From Paramoeba atlantica (Eukaryota; Protista; Discosea): a stretch of DNA of 64,000 nucleotides. The translations under genes and the position numbers were made by a program. Each line of letters begins with the position of its first letter. Position 1 is the stretch's first letter. Under the pieces are notes generated by a model that was given only the letters and a program-made list of their open reading frames with translations, was not told the origin of the DNA and did not search any database. Shown here in pieces: positions 23,611-32,825 of this stretch. Where the stretch lies: assembly GCA_977017575.1 (NCBI GenBank), contig CDRNVI010000009.1, forward strand, positions 62,001-126,000, in the 5' to 3' direction.

Positions 23611-25863
23611 TTAGCGGACACCCGCCTTCCTCCACTCTTTTACCGCGGAGGATAGTATCGCGGCGTTGCCTTTTTGAACAACCACATTAATGGCTTGTAG
23701 TGCATGACGCAGTAAACCTTTCTTGTCATACGTATACCTTGCGATCTCCTTTAGGAGGAGTACGGTGCGCTTCCCTGCCACACCAAAAATGGTAAATGCA
23801 AGGGAGTAGAAATGCATACCCCTTTTCGTGGCCATGTCACTGTGCGCTTTTACTTTCAAGCTTTCCACCCTTTCTAGAGTGTTGCCAGGCTCTACCCATT
23901 CGGCCTTAACAAAAGAAGGGGCGAGGGGGTTAACGACGGTCACGTCCACCAGACATATCTTCACTCCCAGCATAAAGCAGACGTCGGGGCCCTGACCAGC
24001 AGAGAATCGGGGTTCATGATTGTCAGGAGTGAATCCGTACTGTCGTAGCAAGTGCGCGAAGGCATTCTTAACAAGTTTGTGGCGAGTGGCCGCAGTGTCG
24101 CCTTTGACTTTATTGCAGTCAAGGGCGTGCACAACAAAATCTTTGTTTGAGAGGATGTCTCCGCACTCACATTGTGCGAAAGGGTCCGAAGTAGGTGCTA
24201 TCAAGTATCGCATGCGCATGGCTGTTTGCCATTCTGCGTCGCGCATGAAGTACTCACCCCGATTCCTACGCGCCTCTGTCCAATTGCGCGTTCTCTTGTC
24301 CATCAACTGAAGTGAATGGACGTCATGTAGTTCGCTGGTTTCTTTACGCACTGCTGACTTCGATTCTTCATATCTTGTCAAGGCAGAACGTCGTCTTTCC
24401 ATACACCCTAATACCTCAGCTTTTGTGCGAGAATACAGAGTTGCCGCTTGCTGCGCAAAAGGTTTCGCCCCCAAAAGGTCGCCCGTCATGAGAGTACTGT
24501 GAAACGGGTTCTTTTCCAGGTCTTCGAAGCCTCCTAGAAGCTCTGAGGCACACTCCTGTATGGCCTTGTCCGCTAACACGTTGGCTTTTGCCGTTACCTC
24601 CGGCTCATGACACCGCATTAGGTAGTCCCACCGGGGGACTCCACATCTCTTCAGCAAAATGTAAGCACTTTGTAACGAGAGATGTTGCAGCCGATCCAGG
24701 AATGTCTGCAATTTAGGCATTTGGTTGACTACCCATCTGGTTTCATCCGCGCCTTCCTTGGAGACGAATGCACCTAGGAGCTTTTGTCCTTGCTCCGCAT
24801 GCTCTATGTTCATACCTCTGAAAGGAGCGTACTGGTCATTGAAATGCGTCGAAAGCTTACATTTGGCCGGATGTACCTCCAGTCCTATTCCCGAAGCGTG
24901 ATCACAGAGAGCGCCAAACGCCTGTGCGACACGTTCTGCCGGGCCGATGATTGAAAGGTCGTCTAGGTAAGCCCAAAGCGTCAGATCACTGAACTCATCC
25001 TTCAATTTTCCAAGAATTTGGTGCAAGCCGAGAGAAAACAGTAACGGTCCTAATGGGTCGCCTTGTCGGACTCCCCTCAGAACCTTAGTCGGCGAACACG
25101 AGGAGTTAAATATCGTAGTTGGAGCCCCATATACATATGAGGCCACCCCGTATAGCTCGTGAAATTCATCATTTCCCCTTAGATACTGAAACACCGCGCT
25201 TCTTTCAATTGAATTGAAGGCGTTACGGATGTCTACTGTCAAGAGCACAAAGTCCGCTTTTTGACGAAACGCGTTTCTTGCCCTTAATATTATTTTAGGT
25301 CCTCCGTTTCTTGTTCCAACACCAAATTGTGTATCTTGGAAAAGTCTGCCCGTTGCTTCTGCTACCCTGTCCATGGCGATTTGGCTAGCCAATTTAAGAA
25401 AGATTTCCCCCATTGCTATAGGTCGGCAGGCTGGGGATCCTTCTACGGAAGGGCCCTCCTTGCGCAGCAAGATCAGAGTGGAGCTGGTTAAGACGTCCGT
25501 TAGCTGAGCGTCTCGGGAGTTTCGCAGCACTGCTGTAGCTATCCAAGTAACGCAGGCCACGATATCCTGGTCCTCTAGGAGCGGTATAAGAAGTTCGCGT
25601 GTCCAGCCTGATGGGCCCGGCGCGGATCCTTTGGCGAGCTTTCTAGCCCTGTCAGTTAAGGTTTGCTTTTCGATGTCCATAGATTTTGCCGGCAAATGTT
25701 TATAACCCCGAAAGGCCTTTGGGTGAAGTCGATCTATGGCCTTAGCGATCTCTTCAGTAGATAGTGGGTGTCGTTCCTTCGCCTCTAGCGCTTTTGCCGC
25801 TTTCCCGATCGCACCAAGTTTAAGCAGTGCCTCTGCTCGGCCTACCGGGTTAAATTTTGCCAC
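23611..25863 (-). CDS. Reverse transcriptase with zinc knuckle and restriction-like endonuclease
   Basis: APGPSGW, RPIAMGE, QFGVG, DIRNAFNS, GVRQGDPLGPLLF, AYLDD, CECG...HALDC and GPDV...VDVT (PD-D/ExK). Confidence 0.95.
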   Translation of the reverse strand: MAKFNPVGRAEALLKLGAIGKAAKALEAKERHPLSTEEIAKAIDRLHPKAFRGYKHLPAKSMDIEKQTLTDRARKLAKGSAPGPSGWTRELLIPLLEDQDIVACVTWIATAVLRNSRDAQLTDVLTSSTLILLRKEGPSVEGSPACRPIAMGEIFLKLASQIAMDRVAEATGRLFQDTQFGVGTRNGGPKIILRARNAFRQKADFVLLTVDIRNAFNSIERSAVFQYLRGNDEFHELYGVASYVYGAPTTIFNSSCSPTKVLRGVRQGDPLGPLLFSLGLHQILGKLKDEFSDLTLWAYLDDLSIIGPAERVAQAFGALCDHASGIGLEVHPAKCKLSTHFNDQYAPFRGMNIEHAEQGQKLLGAFVSKEGADETRWVVNQMPKLQTFLDRLQHLSLQSAYILLKRCGVPRWDYLMRCHEPEVTAKANVLADKAIQECASELLGGFEDLEKNPFHSTLMTGDLLGAKPFAQQAATLYSRTKAEVLGCMERRRSALTRYEESKSAVRKETSELHDVHSLQLMDKRTRNWTEARRNRGEYFMRDAEWQTAMRMRYLIAPTSDPFAQCECGDILSNKDFVVHALDCNKVKGDTAATRHKLVKNAFAHLLRQYGFTPDNHEPRFSAGQGPDVCFMLGVKICLVDVTVVNPLAPSFVKAEWVEPGNTLERVESLKVKAHSDMATKRGMHFYSLAFTIFGVAGKRTVLLLKEIARYTYDKKGLLRHALQAINVVVQKGNAAILSSAVKEWRKAGVR

Positions 25864-26034
25864 ACTTTTGGTATAAGCGAAGGGGTAAATTTTGGTTCTT
25901 GCTCGGCCATCCGCTTTCGTAGTTCATACGCCAGTTGCCGATGAGTCAGTTGACTTTCGGGCAGGAATAAGAACTGCTTCACTGCGCATAATAGGTTCCA
26001 CGACATCTTTGCTTTTGTGTCTGTGTGTTGTATT

Positions 26035-28236
26035 TCAGTCTCTGCATATTCCACCGCATAATTCCTTCCAGCACGGTAATTGCAGGTGATATAATTTACG
26101 CAGACTAGGTCGCGTAATCAGTTTTGTGTATGTTTCCCGCAGGCTTTGTATTTCGTGGAGTTGACGAGGCGGAAGATTTGTCGTATTACACAGTTTCTGT
26201 GAGATATGCGATCCCGATTGAACCTCTTTGGTTGAACAATCTTCGAATATTCCTCCAACAATCTTCTCCAGTATGGCCCCACGTGGGACTGCTTCTGAGG
26301 CCCCAGATATGCAAGGGCTTCCAGGGTGAATTTCTTCCAGATTCAACACATCTTTAACTCTTGTTTTGCTTCCCTTGGGCCGGCCGCGTGGGCGCTCCGG
26401 GCCTGGGTTTCCCTCTATCGTCGAGTCTGCTTGGATCTGAAGTGACCCGAGATCCAACGAACCTGAAGGTGTGAACTTTCTTCCGGGGGGTCGGCCCCTC
26501 TTCTTACCCGGTCCGGGGTTGCTTTCAATGCAGCCTCGGATCAGCTGGGTGCGTACTTGCGCTTTGGACCAACCAGAGTTGGCGATGACGTTTTTAGTTG
26601 ACCGGAAACACCACACTGCCCGTGGGCCGGGGTTGCTCTCAATACCCCCTCTTATTAACCATGTATGAACTTGGTCTTTGGACCAGCCAGTTTCTGATGA
26701 CAGAACTTCCGGTGGCCTAAAGCACCACCATGAAACCCCGCTCGCATCCTTAATTTGTTCCCAGGATTTTGACAAAGAAAGTTCAATGCCTAGAAAGTGG
26801 CAGATAGCAACAGGGTACTCAACCGGCGCTACACCCTCAGGTATACGGATTGGGTGATCTTCAATTTGACAATAAATTGGGATTTCGTTGCCTGACTTTT
26901 CTCCTGGTGGGGCCTTGATAGTAGCCCCGTACACGCATTCCGTCGTCGGGGGACCGATAATCCCAGAGAGAGGTAACTCTTCATATGAGGTGGGATCCAC
27001 GATTTGAATAAGGCCGTTTGGGAGTTGAATTGTGGCTGCCACGTGATCTCGGAGCAATCCAAGTGACGCGCTTGGGCTGAGCCCTGTTACCAGGACGTGG
27101 GACGTTTTCTCCGGTTCCAGGAACAACGCCACTTTGGTCACATAGGATGCATGAGTCTCCGAATCAAGGGAAGAAATATCATCTTCATCCCACTCGCCGC
27201 CGAAACCACCTGGTTCGTCAATGGAAGGCCTAGAACTGGGGGTAGCACGTTTAGGGGGCGGCGCACGTTCGAGGTGGAGGTGGGTAACGCGAGGAAGAAA
27301 TCGCGACGCGATGTGGAGGCTGGAATCTTCCTCTTGATTTATTATGCGATCTCGCATTTTGGTATATGACAAAAACAAGCTTTCTCTTTTCAGCGCCTGA
27401 GATTGAATAAATCTCGCATTTTGCTTCTCCCTAGCGGCGGAGTGCGACCGCTGATGTTCCTCCAGGGAAGACTGATCCATAAATTTGCGATGGCATGTGG
27501 AACAAATGTGGCCACCGCGCTCGACAATCCGCAGTGCATTTTGGCACTGCTGCTGCAGGTTTAACATGTGGTGCATGTGTTGTTCCTGCAGACGCCGAGC
27601 TTGTAACATCCACTTGTATTCTAGCTTGAGACTCTGAGTCTGTAACTTGTGGATTGCAATCATATTATGAAGAGCGCCGTACTTGGCGACTTCCTGAGTC
27701 TGAAGCTCCCGCTTCAGTTCCCCAAACCGTTCTGCAAAGGACTTCCCTGGTTTCAGCGCTTTCGGTTTAGAGGCCACTTGGTCGTCATCTAGGCGTGAAG
27801 TCCCACCTGCGCGCTTGGGGAAGGGAGACAAGCGGGACGTGGTGGAAGTCCCGTAGTTCGACTTTGCGGGTTTTTTGGACTCTTTGAGAGAATGACCAGC
27901 TGTCAAGTGTGAATAAGTCAGACGTGATGGAGCCTTCTTGTCCTCATTCGAGCTGCCCTTCGAGAAACGAAGAGACGAAAACGGATTGTGAACTGCGGGA
28001 GCTGGATCAAGTCGTTTTTGAGATTCTGTGAGATCCCCCTTGGAACTATTGGCCGGGCGTTTACCTGCACGACCAGACGGTACATTCGCGTTGTCCACAT
28101 TCGCGAGCGTTTGGAGACCACGAATACGATGGTCCCCCCGGCGAAGGTTGTGAGCAACTGTTCTCTTTTCGGAGAGAGAGGAAATGAAAGACGTAAAAAG
28201 TTGAAATAGATCTTCAGTCTTCACTCCTGCCACCAT
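26035..28236 (-). CDS. Retrotransposon N-terminal ORF: C2H2 finger, three 2A-like motifs, two AT-hooks
   Basis: CSTCHRKF...LEEHQRSH; GGIESNPGP, GCIESNPGP and STIEGNPGP; KRGRPP and PRGRPK. Confidence 0.8.
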   Translation of the reverse strand: MVAGVKTEDLFQLFTSFISSLSEKRTVAHNLRRGDHRIRGLQTLANVDNANVPSGRAGKRPANSSKGDLTESQKRLDPAPAVHNPFSSLRFSKGSSNEDKKAPSRLTYSHLTAGHSLKESKKPAKSNYGTSTTSRLSPFPKRAGGTSRLDDDQVASKPKALKPGKSFAERFGELKRELQTQEVAKYGALHNMIAIHKLQTQSLKLEYKWMLQARRLQEQHMHHMLNLQQQCQNALRIVERGGHICSTCHRKFMDQSSLEEHQRSHSAAREKQNARFIQSQALKRESLFLSYTKMRDRIINQEEDSSLHIASRFLPRVTHLHLERAPPPKRATPSSRPSIDEPGGFGGEWDEDDISSLDSETHASYVTKVALFLEPEKTSHVLVTGLSPSASLGLLRDHVAATIQLPNGLIQIVDPTSYEELPLSGIIGPPTTECVYGATIKAPPGEKSGNEIPIYCQIEDHPIRIPEGVAPVEYPVAICHFLGIELSLSKSWEQIKDASGVSWWCFRPPEVLSSETGWSKDQVHTWLIRGGIESNPGPRAVWCFRSTKNVIANSGWSKAQVRTQLIRGCIESNPGPGKKRGRPPGRKFTPSGSLDLGSLQIQADSTIEGNPGPERPRGRPKGSKTRVKDVLNLEEIHPGSPCISGASEAVPRGAILEKIVGGIFEDCSTKEVQSGSHISQKLCNTTNLPPRQLHEIQSLRETYTKLITRPSLRKLYHLQLPCWKELCGGICRD

Positions 28237-28969
28237 TGGCTCCTTAGCGCCGAGAAAACATTTCGGACAGATTTTGTACGCATTATTCGCTTGAATCGGC
28301 GATCACAATCACGGCATGTTCTCTTGGGGAATTCCCAGGCGGGCATGTGGGAGTGAGAGACTAGAAGTAAAACAACAAGGAATGGAATCAACAAGGTACA
28401 TAAACTGTAATCTTTATTGTTAATTCAGAATAACATATAAATAAATATTTATGCATTGATGAAAATAGCCACGTTTAGTATTTTTTATTACACTACAATA
28501 TATTAATTTTATTCGTATATTCGTGCTACACGCTCTTGATCTGTTTCTTTTCTTACATCATATACCAATGAAAAATATGTGAGGAAGCGTTTATGCGCGG
28601 AATGCGAGATCTGAGCTCCTTTCACCCCTCAACTCACTTTTTCACGCACTCGACTCAACTTTCGCTCAGGATAAGCATCCTTTCACCTCTCTGTGCGCAT
28701 CTGCGCTGTGGTAAACCAAATCAATTCCTGATTTTTAAGGAAGTTTATTGGTTAATTTGTTAAGTAACTGTTGGAGAATGAAGCATTCAGCATATTCTTC
28801 TGCTTCCTTTGTCTTGAACGTTGAATTGCTTGAGGTTTTCCATGCGTCCGTTGATTACGATTAGTAAATACCCAGTCTACAAAAAAGTAGTATCTCATAG
28901 TATATACTATAGTATATACTAGCTGAATACTAGTGTTTTAGTATATACTAGTATACTAGTTAGACTATG

Positions 28970-29459
28970 AGTCTAATGCTTCATTGCTCGCTTAAAGCAG
29001 CATCAACTTTTCTATAACAGCCGCCATATGAAGCACGTTCTACGTTCATTCTTTGGCTTGCTATGGAACGCTGAGTGCGTTCACTGGGAAGTCGAAAAGC
29101 CAAATCTTTACCCCGATTCCGTGGAGCACTTAAAAGAAACTGATTCGCGAGTCGCTGAGTGGAAGACACGAAGTTTCTGCTCCTGTAAGTTTCATAAGGA
29201 TGATAAAGAAGATCAAGCGTATATCAAAAAGTATCGCGATCATACTAAACTACTGGTTCACATGTCCGGAGTGCGCCCTGGTAAATGTCCTGCACATGGG
29301 GTAAAAGGAAAAACTACGTATCTGAGGTTGACGAAGAGCGAGATAAAGGACAGGGATTCTGAAATAAGAAAGCAGAAAAGAATTGATCAGCAGGAACGAA
29401 GGAAACAAAGCAAACGACTTAATCGTCAAGCTCTTTCGGAATTTAAGCAAGGTGAATAA
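28970..29459 (+). pseudogene. PIF/Harbinger-like transposase remnant, part 2
   Basis: Continues part 1 in frame (V*CFIARLKQHQLF...MKHVLRSFFGLLWN) into ORF 29028-29459. The TAA occupies the expected catalytic Glu position. Confidence 0.75.
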
Positions 29460-29785
29460 AGCAGTCACATGTAGTAGTCGTACATGTATGAATGGTCCAT
29501 GTATGTATGGACAGAGTAATATTAGTAGTTGACACTGAAAGCAATGATAATTTCGTATGATTTGACCATATCTATACTTTAAACCTATGTAGAACACTAT
29601 TACTCTATTGCCGAACCCCTACATGGACCACGAACTAGTCTCCGTACTCGCTCCCTACACACCTGCTGCACCCCCTGCGCCCCCCACCTGGACCCGACTT
29701 CCACCCCCTGGAACCCCCACCCGGATCCTCCAGCGAACTCCATAGCCGAAAAAAACGCCAAGTAAAAAAAAACGGGGGTGCCGGG

Positions 29786-30142
29786 GTGATGGCATGGATG
29801 GGATATAGTGTAATACATGGTTGGTGGTTTCATATTTTTGAAGCTACATCCTCTGTAATGGGAGCAAGTCTTAGGGAGGCTCTGAATGACACAGGTGTTA
29901 TTGAATATTTTAGAAATCACCGAAATGCAATACTTCAATATGATGGGGCGTCTACTCACAATATTTTAAAAAGAAACACGAAAGCTGGAAGTTTAAAATG
30001 GCCCCCCAAATCCCCTGATTTAAATCCTATTGAAACTATATGGGGAATGATGGAGTATTATCAAAAAAAATATAACCAAAGCTCAAAATCGAGGCGAGTT
30101 GAGCCGAGTTTTGAGGGATGTTTTGCAATGAGTGAAGGATAA
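29786..30142 (+). pseudogene. Tc1-like transposase C-terminal fragment with D29E spacing
   Basis: VMAWMGYS, LQYDGASTH and WPPKSPDLNPIE. Confidence 0.85.
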
Positions 30143-30564
30143 TAAGGCTGATACTGTAGAAAATATGTGTAAGAATTATTTAAAGCGTATGCATCTATAA
30201 TAATAGAGAAGAAGGTAATAGAGAAGAAAGGAGATCACATAGGCTATTAAACTGGCGGATTCGACGCACTTTAGATTTTCTTTCACCAAAACATTTTCAT
30301 ATTTTTGCGAAAAAAAATGTTAAAAATCCATATAATATTTTTTTTGACCTCAGCCCGCCGTTTCGTTTTATTTAACTAAACTGAGCTAAAAAAAAAAACG
30401 CTCTACTTTTTTATTCTACACATTTTCAAAAAAAAGATAAGCTCTCAACTCCACCTGTACGAAAATTAAGGGGGGGGACTTCTATCCTTTAAGGGGTGTA
30501 TAATACAACCCTACTTATTTTGCTTCTAAATCGAAAATTCTTTCAATCGTTTCATTCTCTCTCT

Positions 30565-31387
30565 ATGTTTGGCATCTCGGCAGCACAGGTGAGGGAGTTC
30601 TACAGCGAGCTCCGACGTGTGCATGGACCCGATGTTACGGAGACTGCTTACCGTCATGTTCAGTCATCATTGGGCATCTGTTCTCTGAATTGCACATGGG
30701 AACAGTTGTACGATGTCCAAAGGGCGTGGCTCTCACCGGACGCCCCGTTGATTTCAATTCGGACTCTCCGGGATGATTTTACTCGTGTGGCGCAGCTGTG
30801 CCGTTCACCCCTGCTCATGAACCCCGAGCTACGGTTTACCCAGGGAGTATCATGGTTATCTGACGTAACCTGCATGCTGGACGTCACGACGATCCCATGT
30901 CGTGCAAGAAAACCGAGAGAAACACCTGATGAAACAACCCGAGATAGCACCTATTCGGGAAAGCACCGGCAGCACTGCTTCAAGGTGGAAGTTTTGGCTA
31001 ACTCTGACCGGAATTCCATTTTTCTTTCGCGGACCAGTTGTTGGCAGCATGTATGATGCCAAAATTTATTAGAGTACTAGTGTGCACCGTACTCTGCTGT
31101 TCACTCACCACAAAGATGAAATGTTCTTGACCGATCTAGGGTACATAAGTTGGGCGCACTGCCTTGTACCCCATAAGAAAAGTGGCCGTGGTCTCACCGA
31201 TGATGAAAAACGTGTGAATGAAAGGATTTCGCTGATTCGCTCTCGAATTGAGCGACGTTTTGCACATTTCGATAAGTTTCGTTTTCTTCATGGTACTGAT
31301 CATGATATACCATGGGTCAGATACGCTTTTGAAATTATTTCTGTAGTTACGTCCATACGGACTGCTGGCTACTCAGCCGCAGTATGA
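30565..31387 (+). pseudogene. PIF/Harbinger (ISL2EU-like) transposase with a frameshift and a stop
   Basis: LDVT, YSGKHRQHCFKV, (frameshift ~31030) GSMYDAKIY, TDLGY, NERISLIRSRIERRF. Confidence 0.85.
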
Positions 31388-32229
31388 TTTCGATTCCATT
31401 ATAAATTTAAGTTTGAAATCGACAAGTGATGGTGAGTGTTTATGTAGTAAAGGGTGCGGTCTAGTTGAGGGTATCGAAAGCCGCAGAGAGTGGCTTAAGG
31501 AAAATATAGATGGCGTTGCCTATGAGCCCAAAAAATCAAGTAGTGTGCTAAATAATATTATTTATTCAAGGCTCGTGATAATTTTGTAGTTGTAAATAAG
31601 TGTATCAGGGTTACCCCTTTTGGTAAAATCACTCGTATGTTCCTTTTAGTAGATTTGTTATTAACCGTACAGATTTGTGACTAACCGTAATTTTCATTCA
31701 GATTTCCTCTCCAGCAATGCCCGGATTCATGAAGCCTCGACTTCGCCTTCTACGTCCCGGCCCCCCACCCCCATCCATTCCACACTCCGCATTCCTGTTC
31801 TTGCACTGAGATAAGTAGGTACACCGCACAGAAACCGCACCGAATCCCCACCCGCAGCCCCTCATGTACACGTTCTTAACATTTTCAATGCTGGCACACA
31901 CGAACAGCCCCCCAGCCCCGGCCATCATCTCTGCTGAAATGTAGCACCCCCTTTAACATGGAAACAAAGAATATTTCGAAGAACTTGCCCAACACGCTGT
32001 GCGATGTAAACGTTTAGTCAGATATCGCTTTCGTGATCAAACTTCCCCCCCACCCCAATACACTATGCGCCTTACCTCCACGTAAGTTCGAAAAACGCAC
32101 AGGAAATAAAAGCGTCGCGAAGCGGCGCATTTTTTTTCTTCGGGGGGAGGGGCGGATTCTCCCCTCTTACGCCCCCCCTAATATGCACAAACTTCAAAAA
32201 CGTGTGCATACTAAAGGGGGGCTCACAGT

Positions 32230-32557
32230 ATATGAGAGTTGGTTATAGAGAACTTGTTATTCTGCCATCAAACTCAATTACATGTGTTTCGTCTTCAGGA
32301 AATCAAGATGCAATTATTGAAAAATTGGTTATCCAACTCCCGCGCTCTTTCTCCAATAGAAAAGATAGAGCATGGTCCACAATCTTTTCGATGAACATAA
32401 TCCTTCGAATAATGAAGAGCTTATAAAAAGTGTACGTAAATCTTGGCGTGAATTGACTCAAAATTCTATTGATGATTCTATTTTGAGCTTCAATGCTTGT
32501 CTCACGGCTTGTCACGAACAATGTAAAAAAAGTGAAAAAAATGTAGTCCGTCTCTAA
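32230..32557 (+). pseudogene. Degenerate Tc1-like transposase C-terminal fragment
   Basis: NSRALSPIEK and PSNNEELIKSVRKSWREL resemble the Tc1 SPDLNPIE and terminal helices. Confidence 0.5.
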
Positions 32558-32825
32558 AATATATAGATTAGCCTTATTCGTATCGAGGGATTTTATACGA
32601 GAACATTGGATTAGGGATTTTTGGTTTCGTTTCTTAGCACGCAAAGTCTTTGCGTTGAGACCTGCAAAATGCAACAAAAATCAGCTCAAACGGACGTTCT
32701 GTTCAAAAATTAAGAGGGGAGTGCCTTATTGGTGTCTAGGAGTTTAAGTGCGCTCCCGAAATAATAAGTGTTTCCAGAATAATAAAAACAAACGGAATAA
32801 TAAGTGTGCGGGGGGTTTAACCACT

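Larger units (their letters stand above)
23611..28236 (-). mobile_element. CRE-clade (RLE-type) non-LTR retrotransposon; exact ends not defined
   Basis: An RT plus RLE ORF preceded by a zinc-finger ORF. The junction 25860-26060 reads through with two frameshifts. No TSD or poly(A) tail identified. Confidence 0.85.
19163..28969 (+). mobile_element. hAT-family element with 6-bp TSD, containing IS30 and CRE insertions
   Basis: TIR CATAGTCTAACTAGTAT / ATACTAGTTAGACTATG with matching subterminal TAGTATATAC repeats. TSD AGTCTA at 19157-19162 and 28970-28975. Confidence 0.88.
15229..30498 (+). mobile_element. Outer D29E Tc1-like element enclosing nested insertions
   Basis: ~30-bp TIRs (CACCCCTTAAAGGATAACAGTCCCCCC / GGGGGGACTTCTATCCTTTAAGGGGTG) with TA flanks. 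A transposase N-terminal remnant at ~18045-18090 (YDMRVKIVVEYNKR) and a C-terminal part at 29786-30142 both resemble the 50037-51029 transposase. Pairing of the two ends is inferred. Confidence 0.6.

Noticed and set aside
28312-28360. Hairpin near the retrotransposon 5' end as a possible HDV-like ribozyme
   Set aside because: The stem relies on G-U pairs on the non-transcribed strand, and I could not build the double pseudoknot by eye.
32795-32822. GTGTGCGGGGGGTTTAA ends (also ~53865-53890) suggesting piggyBac
   Set aside because: No partner end or transposase is present in the window, so a TTAA TSD cannot be shown.
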